The position numbers and the translations under genes were made by a program. The notes beneath the pieces are model-generated. The model saw only the letters and a program-made list of their open reading frames with translations, made no database searches and was not told where the DNA came from. A DNA stretch of 64,000 bases, from assembly GCA_965248695.1 (NCBI GenBank), contig CBDFKD010000002.1:3936001-4000000 (forward strand). Reading direction: 5' to 3'. This document shows positions 31,062-40,718 of the stretch, one piece after another. Each line of letters opens with the position of its first letter. The stretch's first letter is position 1. This stretch comes from Acidobacteriota bacterium. Its GTDB lineage: Bacteria; Acidobacteriota; UBA890; WLXD01.

Positions 31062-32114
31062 ATGGGAAACCGGCACTCACGATTCCTCGTCGTCGCGCTG
31101 GCGGCCGTCGGCCTCAGCGGGTCACTCGCCGCTCAGACAGGCACGATCCGCGTTGTACAGACCAACGCCGCCGGCGACAACGTGCATCTCATCGACCCGG
31201 CGTCGAACGAGGTCGTGGACGTCATCCACGGCATCCCGATGGCGCACGGAGTGACGTCGGCCCCTGACGGCAGCGCCCTCTACTTCAGCAACGAGGTCGA
31301 CCACACCCTGGACGTGGTCCCGACGAATACGCTGAAGGTGACCAGGCAGATTCCGCTATCCGGCCGGCCGAACAACATCGCCGTCACCCCCGACGGCAAG
31401 AAGGTCTATGTGGCGATCACTCGGGCTGACGCGTTCGTCGATGTGATCGACATGGCGGCGGGCGAGGTGATCAAGGCGATCCCCACGTTGGGCGGCGTGC
31501 ACAATGTGTTCATCACCCCTGACGGGCTCTTCATCGCCGCCGGCATGATCGGCGCCCGAACCTTGACGATCATCGACACCGAGATCGACGAGCCAGTGTG
31601 GTCGCTTCACTTCAGCGGCCGTTCCACCAGCGGGTACGCTGACGGCGGGGTGCGGCCGATGGCGTTCGAGACCAACGCCGACGGTTCCACGCGTCGGATA
31701 TTCGTCCAACTGTCCAACTTCCACGGCTTCGTCATCGTCGACTTCGCCACCCGGACGGTCGTTGGACGGGTCGAAATGCCGACGCTGCCGATCTCGCGGG
31801 TGTCCAACGATGCACTGCAAGGCTCGCCGGGCCACGGGCTGGCGGTATCGCCGGACGGTAGCCAGGTGTGGTCCACCAGCAAGCCCAACGATCACGTCTA
31901 CGCCTGGTCGCTTCCAGACCTGGAGTTTCTCGGTGGCGTGCCGGTGGGTCATCACCCCGATTGGCTGACGATGACGCCCGACAGCCGCTATCTGTACGCC
32001 GCCAACGCGGGATCCAATGATGTCTCGGTCATCGACACCCGGATGATCGAGGAGGTGGCGCGCATCAAGGTCGGTCAGACACCGAAGCGCAATCACACGC
32101 TGGTGATGCAGTGA
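31062..32114 (+). CDS. Secreted YVTN/YncE-type beta-propeller
   Basis: Repeated S/TPDG..LY/VY blades, NAGSNDVSVID and IKVGQTP; AGGAGG RBS; signal peptide. Confidence 0.88.
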   Translation: MGNRHSRFLVVALAAVGLSGSLAAQTGTIRVVQTNAAGDNVHLIDPASNEVVDVIHGIPMAHGVTSAPDGSALYFSNEVDHTLDVVPTNTLKVTRQIPLSGRPNNIAVTPDGKKVYVAITRADAFVDVIDMAAGEVIKAIPTLGGVHNVFITPDGLFIAAGMIGARTLTIIDTEIDEPVWSLHFSGRSTSGYADGGVRPMAFETNADGSTRRIFVQLSNFHGFVIVDFATRTVVGRVEMPTLPISRVSNDALQGSPGHGLAVSPDGSQVWSTSKPNDHVYAWSLPDLEFLGGVPVGHHPDWLTMTPDSRYLYAANAGSNDVSVIDTRMIEEVARIKVGQTPKRNHTLVMQ

Positions 32115-32947
32115 GCGCACGACGAGTGGCCGGGACCGTTGCGCTCGTCGCTGCGGTCTGTGTCGTCGGTTCTCTGCCGTCGTTCGCTCAGACCCTGAAC
32201 TTCGATCGCTACCGCGAGGCGGTCGAGCCGATCTTTCTGGCCGAACGCGGCGGATACGGGCCTGGGCGTGCGGCGTGCGTCACCTGTCACGCCAAGCAAG
32301 GCACGCCACTGAAGCTGCAGCCATTGCGGGAGGATGACGGCGGCGGCGTCTTCTGGTCCGAGCAGCAGTCGCGTCAGAACTTCGAAACCGTGGCGCGCCT
32401 CGTGGCACCGGGTGATCCCGACAACAGCCGGCTGCTGCTCAAGGCGCTCGCCGTACCGGCCGGCGGCGCGTCGTTCCACGTTGGCGGGAAGTTCTTCCTC
32501 TCGCAGGCGGACCCGGAATGGCGAGCGATGGCCGACTGGGTCGCAGCCGCGGCCAGCCTACCCGCGGGCGTCGATCTCGTTGCGCCGGAGTTGGATTTCG
32601 AGTTCTTTCACGACTGCGTGCAGAGGGTGTTCCTGGACAAGAGGGACGGGTTGATGGAGTGCATCAACTGCCACGATTCGGGAGCTCGCGGGTTCGCGCA
32701 GACGATTCGCGAAGACCGAGCCTACTGGAGCCACGAAGAGTCGCGCCAGAATCTCGCCCTGCTGAGCCGCTACATTGAGCCCGGCCATCCGCTACGAAGC
32801 CGGTTTCTGACGCACCCGCTGGCACCCGATGGTGGCGGTGATCACTTCCACGGCGGTGGCCGGCGGTGGCAATCGCAACAGGACCCGGAGTGGCAGATGC
32901 TGGCCGCCTGGGTGCGGGGTGAGAGCCCTGCGTGCTTGAGCTACTGA
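32111..32947 (+). CDS. Secreted putative di-haem c protein made of two similar domains
   Basis: CVTCH and CINCH, each followed by W..E.SRQN, PG.P..SR.L, FH.GG and SQ.DPEW; GTGA-coupled to the propeller gene. Confidence 0.75.
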   Translation: MSARRVAGTVALVAAVCVVGSLPSFAQTLNFDRYREAVEPIFLAERGGYGPGRAACVTCHAKQGTPLKLQPLREDDGGGVFWSEQQSRQNFETVARLVAPGDPDNSRLLLKALAVPAGGASFHVGGKFFLSQADPEWRAMADWVAAAASLPAGVDLVAPELDFEFFHDCVQRVFLDKRDGLMECINCHDSGARGFAQTIREDRAYWSHEESRQNLALLSRYIEPGHPLRSRFLTHPLAPDGGGDHFHGGGRRWQSQQDPEWQMLAAWVRGESPACLSY

Positions 32948-33003
32948 GCCAACTCCGCCGTCATTGAGGCGGGGGCAGCACTTCTTCACCCAGCGGACGT
33001 GGG

Positions 33004-34119
33004 CTACGGAGCCGTGATGGCCCACACTCCCGAGGTCACGGTGGGGCCGGCGGTCATACCGCCGACCAGGTAAAGGGTGCCGCCGCAGCGGGCCAGGCTT
33101 CGATGATCCATCGTCGCTGGGCCCTTGCTCGCCGGGTGATGGCTGAATGTGCCGTCGTAGACCAGCGTCGATCCGTTCGGTGGGGCAGGTTTGCCGCCGG
33201 CGTACGCCAGGCCGTTGGTGTTGTACGGAACGTCGGTGCCACCGTGAAACCATAACTCCCCTGCCTGCGTGGAACCGCCGGCAGCCCGATAGCGGGCCAG
33301 CCCGGGATGGCGGCCGAGATCGGCCCAGACGATCGTCTCCGGCCGTGCCGGATCGAGCTTGCCGCTCCATGCTTGGTTGACCAGTCGATAGCCATCCGGC
33401 CCCCTCTCGGTGCCGTCGATGACGACCAGCTCGTCGCCGGCGATGGCGCCGGCGTGACCGAATACGGGTACGCCGGGAAAGGGGGTTGCGGTGCCCCAGG
33501 TGTCGCGTGTGCTGTCGTATATCTGCACCGCGTCGACATTGTCTGTGTACGACCAACCACTGACCAAGACGATGTAGCGGTCACGCCAGGCGATCGCGAC
33601 CGTGTCGTCAACCGGTACCGGCAGCGGCGCCCCGGCGGACCACGCTTCGGTCAGCGGATCGTAGATGTCCAGATCGGCGAAGCTCGCCTCGGCGCCGTTC
33701 TCGGCCACCGAGTAACCGCCCAGCAAGTAGAGCTTGCCGGCAACGCCGACCGCGGAGGCGGCGACGCGTGCGGCGGCGCTTGGCGGCGGGCCGACGTCGG
33801 TCCATGCAGAGTCGCCGATCCGATGCAGGTAGACCGAGGTGGTGATGTCGGAGTGACGCAGCCCGGACCCGATACCCAGGGCGCTCATGATCCAGCAATG
33901 GCCGCCGGTCTGTACGGCGGCGACCGCATTGTTGGCTGTTGGCGTCGGCAGCGCCGGACGGTGGCTTGTCCACTCGGCCCCAGTCGGCGCGGCGACGTTG
34001 GCCGCCCAGCTCGTCGAGGCGTGTCCAGCGCGATCGTCGAACCCCGCGGTGCGCGCGTCGAGGCCCATCCCGGCGACAACCAACGCTGATGCAACGGCCC
34101 GCATGAACGTCAGCTTCAT
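33004..34119 (-). CDS. Secreted Kelch-repeat protein
   Basis: LYLLGG, IYDP.T..WS, LVSGW, QIYD...DTW, FHGG and LYLVGG. Confidence 0.85.
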   Translation of the reverse strand: MKLTFMRAVASALVVAGMGLDARTAGFDDRAGHASTSWAANVAAPTGAEWTSHRPALPTPTANNAVAAVQTGGHCWIMSALGIGSGLRHSDITTSVYLHRIGDSAWTDVGPPPSAAARVAASAVGVAGKLYLLGGYSVAENGAEASFADLDIYDPLTEAWSAGAPLPVPVDDTVAIAWRDRYIVLVSGWSYTDNVDAVQIYDSTRDTWGTATPFPGVPVFGHAGAIAGDELVVIDGTERGPDGYRLVNQAWSGKLDPARPETIVWADLGRHPGLARYRAAGGSTQAGELWFHGGTDVPYNTNGLAYAGGKPAPPNGSTLVYDGTFSHHPASKGPATMDHRSLARCGGTLYLVGGMTAGPTVTSGVWAITAP

Positions 34120-34322
34120 GGTTCTCTCTCCGGGCCTGTCGATGGTCAGCACGTCGTGTCGGCGCCCCTTCCACTTGTGCGTCGCGGCACCGGACATGGA
34201 GAATGCGGCGCACCATACCAGCCGGGACCGTACTCGGCCATGGCGGTCGACGGCTGATCGTACCTGCTGGTACCTGGCACAGAAAGGACTCTGCATCTGC
34301 ACAGCGAACTCGGAGAAAGGAC

Positions 34323-35696
34323 ATGAAATCACGCGTGGTGTTCCTGCTGGTCGGCGCAACGTTCGTCGGTGTAACGCTCATCGGAGATGCGGCCACTGCG
34401 CAGCTGCCGGCGCGTACGGCGGCGACCGATGCCGAAGCTCTGCGGCTGATGAGGAACGACAAGCTCGACCTCATGTTGCCGGGCGCCATGCGCGACAACG
34501 GCGTCGACATGTGGATTCACGTGACGCGGCCGGGTGCGCCGGACCCGATGGCCCTGCAGTTCGGGCGCACCGCCGGCTACCTGATCTTCACCGACCTCGG
34601 CGACCGCATCGAGCGCGCCGTGTTCGGGCGTGGGGGCGCGGTGGAGAATATCGACGTTCGCGGCTCGCTCGAGCTCGGTCTGGCAATCTCGGGTTACGAC
34701 CACAAACCGGGCATCTACGACGAGATCTCTGGCTTCGTCGAGCAACGCGATCCGCAGGTGATCGCGGTCAACACCTCGGAGATGGAGCCAGTCGCCGATG
34801 GCATCTCGCACTCCGAGTACCTCAAGCTCGAGCGCATCCTGGGCCCTGAGTACAGTGCTCGCATCGTCTCGGCAGAGAGCGTCATCCGTGACTTCATCCT
34901 TCGACGCACCGCGCGCGAGATCGCGGCTCAAGTGGAGGTGCTGGCGCTCGCCCGTCAAGGCGCCAAGGAGCAGCTCTCCAGAGTCGTCCCCGGCGTCACC
35001 ACCGTCGCCGATATCAACGCCCGGGTCTACTATTCGGCGGTCAACACGCCGGACGAGACGGTCGAAATCTCCCCCCCTGACGTGCGCTGGTTCATCCACA
35101 ATCCGGAGTACGTGCTACAGCGCGGGGATCTGTTCGTCGGCGGCGGTGGCGGCGCCGGCGGCGACTACATGGGGTTCGGCGTCGACACCAAGATCCACGC
35201 CTATATCCTGCGTGAAGGTGAGACCCGGGTTCCCGACTTCCTGCAGGGGGTGTTCGACAAGGCGATCGCCGGCCAGTGGATCATGCGCGACCACATGAAG
35301 ATGGGCATGACCGCCAAGGAGTCGCTCGACGCCATGGTTGTAGCCATGGAGGCCGCTGGCTACATCTACACTCCGTTTCGGGATATCGGCACCGAGGATT
35401 ACGCCATGATCCAGCGGGCCCTGGCCGATACCGACAAGCCGGGCTTCTCGACCGACAATCACGCGTTCGGCAACTACGGCGATCTCGGGCCCTCGATGGC
35501 AGCCTTTCGCTCCAACACTCACCATCTGCGGATCCAGGAGAACCACATCTTCGCCTTCGAGTACATGGTCCACATGAACATCGACGAGCGTCCCGGCTAC
35601 CCGCTGGCGTTCAACATCTCCAACCCGCAGCTGATCACCAGCAGGGGCGTCGAGTTCATACAGCCGCCGAACGAAGAGATCTTCTTGATCCGCTAA
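34323..35696 (+). CDS. Secreted M24 (Xaa-Pro aminopeptidase-like) protein
   Basis: Signal peptide; LPGAMRDNGVDMWI, DPM, LQRGDL, DYMGFGVD, NHAFG and FAFEY. Confidence 0.75.
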   Translation: MKSRVVFLLVGATFVGVTLIGDAATAQLPARTAATDAEALRLMRNDKLDLMLPGAMRDNGVDMWIHVTRPGAPDPMALQFGRTAGYLIFTDLGDRIERAVFGRGGAVENIDVRGSLELGLAISGYDHKPGIYDEISGFVEQRDPQVIAVNTSEMEPVADGISHSEYLKLERILGPEYSARIVSAESVIRDFILRRTAREIAAQVEVLALARQGAKEQLSRVVPGVTTVADINARVYYSAVNTPDETVEISPPDVRWFIHNPEYVLQRGDLFVGGGGGAGGDYMGFGVDTKIHAYILREGETRVPDFLQGVFDKAIAGQWIMRDHMKMGMTAKESLDAMVVAMEAAGYIYTPFRDIGTEDYAMIQRALADTDKPGFSTDNHAFGNYGDLGPSMAAFRSNTHHLRIQENHIFAFEYMVHMNIDERPGYPLAFNISNPQLITSRGVEFIQPPNEEIFLIR

Positions 35697-35715
35697 GACA
35701 CGGTATTCTCGCCAC

Positions 35716-37122
35716 ATGAAGAACGTTGCCGCTTGCTGCATGTTGCTGCTGTCCATGTCGGCTACCGCTCAACAGGTGCTCCCCGGGTTGGAGTCACCTA
35801 CTCTCGAAGCGGAGACGCTGGCCCATTTCCAGGCGCTGCTGCGATTCGATACCAGCGATCCGCCGGGCATCGAGCGGCCGGCGGCGGAGTACCTGCGCGA
35901 GGCTCTCGAGGCCGAGGGCATCCCGGTGCAGGTGTTCGCGACGGACGACAATCGGCCCAACGTCGTGGCGCGGCTTGCAGGCACCGGGGCCAAACCGCCG
36001 CTGCTGATCATGGGCCACACGGATACGGTGAACGTCGATCCGGAGAAATGGACCCATCCTCCCTTCAGCGGCACCGTGGACGGCGAGCATGTCTACAGTC
36101 GCGGCACGGTCGACGACAAGGACAACGTCGTGGCCGGGCTGATGGTCATGCTCGAGCTCGCTCGCCGAGAAGTGGCGCTCGATCGCGACGTCATCTTTCT
36201 GGCGGAGTCGGGCGAGGAAGGCAGCACCGAGTACGGCATCCAGTTCATGGTCGACAATCACCTCGACGCGATCGCCGCCGAATACTGCCTGGCAGAGGGT
36301 GGCCGTGTGACTCGAGTCGACGGGGCGGTGCGATACGCCGAGGTGGAGACCGTCGAGAAGATCCCGTATCGGGTGGAACTGGTGGCTCGCGGGGTTGCTG
36401 GGCATGGATCCGTTCCGCTGCAGACGAACTCAGTGGCGCACCTGTCCAAGGCGGTGGCCGCCATCGCCGACTGGCGCACCCCGATCCGGCTGAACGAGAC
36501 CACGAGCGAGTACTTCCGCCGGCTGGCGACGATTTCGCCACCGGAGGCCGCTGCACGCTACCGGATGGTGCTCGATCCAGCGACAGCCGACGAGGCGGGG
36601 GAGTACTTTCTGACGCACGAGCCGCGGCACTCCTCGATGCTGCGCTCCTCGCTGTCGCCGACGATCATCGACGCCGGCTACCGCATCAACGTCATCCCGT
36701 CGGACGCCGCCGGCTCGGTCGATCTGCGGGCCCTACCCGACGAGGAGATCCCGGCGTTTCTCGACGAGATCCGTCGGGTGATCGACAATCCGGCGGTCGA
36801 GGTGTCGCTGGGCAGGCGCAACACTCGTCCGCCGGGCGAGGCGCGGCTTGACACCGAGGCGTTTCGCGTTGTCGAGGCCAATATCAGCAAGCATTACGAC
36901 ACCACCACGTTGCCGATGATGTCGACTGGCGCCACAGATATGGCGTATCTGCGGGCGAATGGTATCGAGTGCTACGGCATCGGCCCGGCGATCGATCGCG
37001 AGGACGCCGCCAAGGGGTACGGGGCGCACAGCGACCAGGAGCGCATCCTGGTGGATGAGCTGCACCGCTTCGTGCGCTTCATGTGGGACGTGGTCGTCGA
37101 CCTGGCCGCAACAGACGCCTGA
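35716..37122 (+). CDS. M20/M25/M40 metallo-hydrolase, secreted
   Basis: GHTDTV, RGTVDDK, SGEE, AEGG, GHGS, GATD and AHSDQERI. Confidence 0.92.
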   Translation: MKNVAACCMLLLSMSATAQQVLPGLESPTLEAETLAHFQALLRFDTSDPPGIERPAAEYLREALEAEGIPVQVFATDDNRPNVVARLAGTGAKPPLLIMGHTDTVNVDPEKWTHPPFSGTVDGEHVYSRGTVDDKDNVVAGLMVMLELARREVALDRDVIFLAESGEEGSTEYGIQFMVDNHLDAIAAEYCLAEGGRVTRVDGAVRYAEVETVEKIPYRVELVARGVAGHGSVPLQTNSVAHLSKAVAAIADWRTPIRLNETTSEYFRRLATISPPEAAARYRMVLDPATADEAGEYFLTHEPRHSSMLRSSLSPTIIDAGYRINVIPSDAAGSVDLRALPDEEIPAFLDEIRRVIDNPAVEVSLGRRNTRPPGEARLDTEAFRVVEANISKHYDTTTLPMMSTGATDMAYLRANGIECYGIGPAIDREDAAKGYGAHSDQERILVDELHRFVRFMWDVVVDLAATDA

Positions 37123-37180
37123 CCACCGGCCGCCGAGCGTCTTGCGTAGGCCAACCCGGGACGGCAGAGAGCCCGCCGGA

Positions 37181-38125
37181 TCAGAAGCGTGAGATGACGA
37201 TGCGAAACCCGATGAACGCCCGGCGCGCGCCAGGGTCGACACCGCCACGGACGGTCGTGCGGATATTCTGTTCCGGATCGCCGAAGTGCCCGCCGCGCAT
37301 GACCCAGAGGGCGTCCGCATCGAGGTCGTCGAGGTCGTCGGTCGGATCGAAAGGATACGGCTGGTAGCGGCTGCGCGTCAGCTCCCACAGGTTGCCGCTC
37401 ATGTCTGCAAGGCCGTACGGACACTCCGGACAGTCAAAGCTGCCGACCGGGGCGGCGGCCGCGCCGCGATAGTTCGCCCGTGACGGGTTCGGAAAGTTCC
37501 CCCATGGGTAGATCCGTGCGTCGGTACCGCGCGCGGCCTTCTCCCACTCCGCCTCGCTCGGTAGCATGACCTGCCCTCCCCGACGCAACAGTTCGCCGAG
37601 TGACGGAGGCGTCTCCGGCCATGCCCTCAGCGTGGCGTCGAGCCATCGGCAATAGGCGAGCGCGTCCGGCCACGAGACCCACGCTACGGGGTGGTCGGGA
37701 GGCGCCCGTATGGCTCGCGCGTCGACCACGTACCCGGTGTTTTCTACGAACGATCGGAACTGCGCCACGGTGACCTCGAAGCGACCTACGTAGTAGTCAG
37801 GAAGCTGCACGGTTCCGTAGGCGCTCCTGGTGCTCCAGCGCTCGTTGTCGAAGGCGAGCGCGTCGACTGCCGCCTCGCCGCCCATGACGAACTCACCGGC
37901 GGCGATCTCTACGAAGCCCAGGAGCTCGTCATCCGGTAGAAACCAGGCATCGGCGCGAAGCCCGGCGACGGCGGCCGAGGTGCTCACTCCGGAGCCATCT
38001 CCGATATCACTCGCGGAGGAGGCCCCCGACGGGGCTTGCTGGCAGGCGGCCGCAACGACGAGCGATGTGGTCACAGCCGCCCGCTGGAGCCCCGTGCACC
38101 GCGTCACGGCGAGGTCTCGTTGCAT
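37181..38125 (-). CDS. FGE-sulfatase (SUMF1/PvdO)-fold lipoprotein
   Basis: F.MG, EVTVAQF, HPVAWVSW.DA.AYC, LPSEAEWEKAARG, GL.DMSGNLWE, RGG and GFR; lipobox-like VAAAC. Confidence 0.88.
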   Translation of the reverse strand: MQRDLAVTRCTGLQRAAVTTSLVVAAACQQAPSGASSASDIGDGSGVSTSAAVAGLRADAWFLPDDELLGFVEIAAGEFVMGGEAAVDALAFDNERWSTRSAYGTVQLPDYYVGRFEVTVAQFRSFVENTGYVVDARAIRAPPDHPVAWVSWPDALAYCRWLDATLRAWPETPPSLGELLRRGGQVMLPSEAEWEKAARGTDARIYPWGNFPNPSRANYRGAAAAPVGSFDCPECPYGLADMSGNLWELTRSRYQPYPFDPTDDLDDLDADALWVMRGGHFGDPEQNIRTTVRGGVDPGARRAFIGFRIVISRF

Positions 38126-39657
38126 GCGAAGGCCCAATTGTGCCGGCAGGCGCGCGCCAACAGGTCCGCATCCGACATCTCGAGCAGATTCTCGCCGCCC
38201 TCGCGCAGCAGAAGCCTCAGATCGAGGGATCGTGGATCGGTGCCGTGAGATCCGTCGGCATCCAGCAGGTTGAAGCACGCCGGCAGGTAGCGGAGCTCAC
38301 AGGCGCGCGAGAAGAAACCCAACGCGGCCTCTGTGTCGCGCTCCAGAATCGCACCGGCCCTGTTGTGCAGCCCCAACTCGTTGCAGGCCCAGGCCGAGTT
38401 GTCGGCACAGTATGAGGATTGGATCTGCAGCAGGCGATCACAGCCGTCATGACGACCCTCGACGCAAGCTCGTTGCCAGAACGGCAAGGTGTCGCCAGGG
38501 TGCGTTCCGTCGGTCGATCCCAGCGCCGCCATGGCGCCGAAGAAAACGATCCAGACGGCGATGTGGGTGGAATTCGCGCCCAGCGGATCCCATCGAACCC
38601 GATACCGTCCGGAGAGCCGTTCTTCCGCCAGTCGCGCCAGGCGGTCGATTCGCTGCACGCTCAGGTTCAGCAGCGGCACGCAAAGCAACTTGTCGTAAAA
38701 GGTCGGCGCCCCGAACGCTCCCAGCAGGGCGTAGAGACCGAATACGCCCAGACCATAGAGCATTCCGAATAGGGTCTTGCCGAGCGGCGTTCGCGGCGAA
38801 GTGGACGGATCGGTCACCAGCAGGTGAAGGCCGAGAAAGACCGCGGTCGGGATCTCGGAATCAACGAAATACGGGATCCCCGTCCACCCCCAGTACAGCG
38901 CGCTCATCGCGAACAGCGAGACGGCGGCCGATCCGGCAACGAGCGTGATCGCGAAGAAGTGCATCACCACCAAACCGAGGAGAAACAGGAACAGGTAGAT
39001 CTGCGGCGCCAGTGTCAACGTGGTCGCAATATCCTGCCCCCATGTGATGTCGGTGGTGTCGGTGGCGAGCAGAACGAGGGAGAACAGCCCGAGAGAAAAT
39101 GCCGACGGGTTGAAGATATGAGTTCGCGTCCCGTCTCGGCGCCACCGCACGAGCTCCTTGCCGAGGAACCCGGCCCCGATCATCAGGAACTGCAGTGCGA
39201 ACCAGTCGTCCTTGAACCAGAGGAACAGATTGGTGCTGAATACGACGGGCAGCGGACCGAAGCCGAGCAGGTAGGTATCGCGCCGCGACCAGGCGAGCAG
39301 CATGTCGAACGCGTAGGCGAAGACGAGCTGTGCGATCAGCAGCCAGGCGTAGTCGAATACGGGTCGCCAGTAGTAGCCCCAGTAGGCGAAGACCGCCAGC
39401 TGCACCGCTGCCTGGATGTAGTGCTGCGGCCGCAATAGCGGTCGCAGCCGCGGCTCAATGCCGGCGCGATGAGTCCGTACGAAGAGGCACGCCTGCCATA
39501 CCAGCAGCAACAGCGCCGCGCCCCAGAACGAGCGAGCGAGCGCAGGGCTGTCGCTGATGCGTGGCACCAGCGACAGGAGCAAGATCGTGACTGCCAGCGC
39601 CAACGGCACGCCGAAAGCCCCCCGCGACATCGCCAGGTTAGACCGGGCTCCCACCAC
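38104..39657 (-). CDS. RnfD/NqrB/UnbU-like polytopic membrane protein with C-terminal Cys-rich Sel1-like repeats
   Basis: GK......HIFNPSAF and TDPSTSPRT..GK..FG (cf. RnfD NPA and TDP.TSP); many TMs; paired Cys repeats ACNELG and FSRACEL. Confidence 0.7.
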   Translation of the reverse strand: MVGARSNLAMSRGAFGVPLALAVTILLLSLVPRISDSPALARSFWGAALLLLVWQACLFVRTHRAGIEPRLRPLLRPQHYIQAAVQLAVFAYWGYYWRPVFDYAWLLIAQLVFAYAFDMLLAWSRRDTYLLGFGPLPVVFSTNLFLWFKDDWFALQFLMIGAGFLGKELVRWRRDGTRTHIFNPSAFSLGLFSLVLLATDTTDITWGQDIATTLTLAPQIYLFLFLLGLVVMHFFAITLVAGSAAVSLFAMSALYWGWTGIPYFVDSEIPTAVFLGLHLLVTDPSTSPRTPLGKTLFGMLYGLGVFGLYALLGAFGAPTFYDKLLCVPLLNLSVQRIDRLARLAEERLSGRYRVRWDPLGANSTHIAVWIVFFGAMAALGSTDGTHPGDTLPFWQRACVEGRHDGCDRLLQIQSSYCADNSAWACNELGLHNRAGAILERDTEAALGFFSRACELRYLPACFNLLDADGSHGTDPRSLDLRLLLREGGENLLEMSDADLLARACRHNWAFACNETSP

Positions 39658-39663
39658 TGCCTG

Positions 39664-40641
39664 CTAGTCGGTACAGTCCTCGGCGTCCCCATGCCGACCG
39701 GCGCGAGCCATGCGCGCCCACAGCGACAGGTCGGCCTCGGTTAGGAAGTGCCATATGAGGCGCGCCCACGAGTCGTGGCTGCCGAGCGAGTCGTAGTACT
39801 CCGGTGCAATGGCGGTGATCTGCGGCAACCGGTTCCACGGCACCGAGGTGAAGTCGTGGTGCTCGTTGTGATAGCCGACGTTGCAGGCCACCCAGTTCAG
39901 CTTGCCGTAGTAGCTGAACGTCTCCTGGGTGTCGGAGTCGACCATGTAGTGCTCCTGGATCCAGCGTGCGCCCAGGGGATGCAGTCCAACCGCGAAGAAC
40001 AGAGAAGCCAGCAGATACAGGAATGCTCGTGGGCCCCACGCCCAGATCACCAAGGCATCGATGGAAAAAACGATTGCCCAGTCGACGAGGGTCCATCGTG
40101 TCAGGAACGCCATCTGCTTGATGCGCAACGGGCGAAGTGCTTGCACCACCGGGAATAGCGTCAACCAGATCAGCTTGCGGAAGAACGAGTTGCCTACCAG
40201 TCGCGCTTCCCAGTAGCTGGGTATGTCGGCGTCCACTTCGTGCACGCCCTGATGCGAGTGGTGTATCAGGTGATACGAGCGAAACGACATCGCCGTCGGC
40301 ATCGTGTTCACCGCGCCCGCGAGGATGGCGGAGAGATTGTTCGCCCAGCGCGACCGGAAGATCAGCCCGTGGGTGGCGTCGTGAACCATGACGTAGCTTG
40401 TATGGTTCGCGAAGGCGCCGAGGCAGTAGGCGACGATTCCGATCAGCCACCACGGGCTGTCACGCAGCATCCAGGCGACCGTGAACTGCGCCGCGACGAT
40501 GCCGAGGATGATCGCGAAGGACCAGGGATTGCGCCCGATGAGATCGCGCATCTCGGGATGGTCGAGCAGGATCGCCCGGGTACGGCCGTGATGCGGTTCG
40601 CACTCTTTCGAGTGCCGGAAATCGTCCGCGGTCTGCGCCAA
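39664..40641 (-). CDS. Sphingolipid delta4-desaturase (DEGS/DES1)-like membrane desaturase
   Basis: N-terminal DF..S...EPH..R...IL..HPE; His boxes HDATH, HLIHH and HNEHHDF; HPLGARWIQEH; ETFSYYG.LN...NVGY. TTG start inferred. Confidence 0.88.
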   Translation of the reverse strand: MAQTADDFRHSKECEPHHGRTRAILLDHPEMRDLIGRNPWSFAIILGIVAAQFTVAWMLRDSPWWLIGIVAYCLGAFANHTSYVMVHDATHGLIFRSRWANNLSAILAGAVNTMPTAMSFRSYHLIHHSHQGVHEVDADIPSYWEARLVGNSFFRKLIWLTLFPVVQALRPLRIKQMAFLTRWTLVDWAIVFSIDALVIWAWGPRAFLYLLASLFFAVGLHPLGARWIQEHYMVDSDTQETFSYYGKLNWVACNVGYHNEHHDFTSVPWNRLPQITAIAPEYYDSLGSHDSWARLIWHFLTEADLSLWARMARAGRHGDAEDCTD

Positions 40642-40718
40642 GCGCAAAGCTCCGGGTGAAGGGGAAAGGCCCGGTAGCCGTCCGGACGTCGGCAGCCTAG
40701 CGTCCGCAGTGGCCAGCG

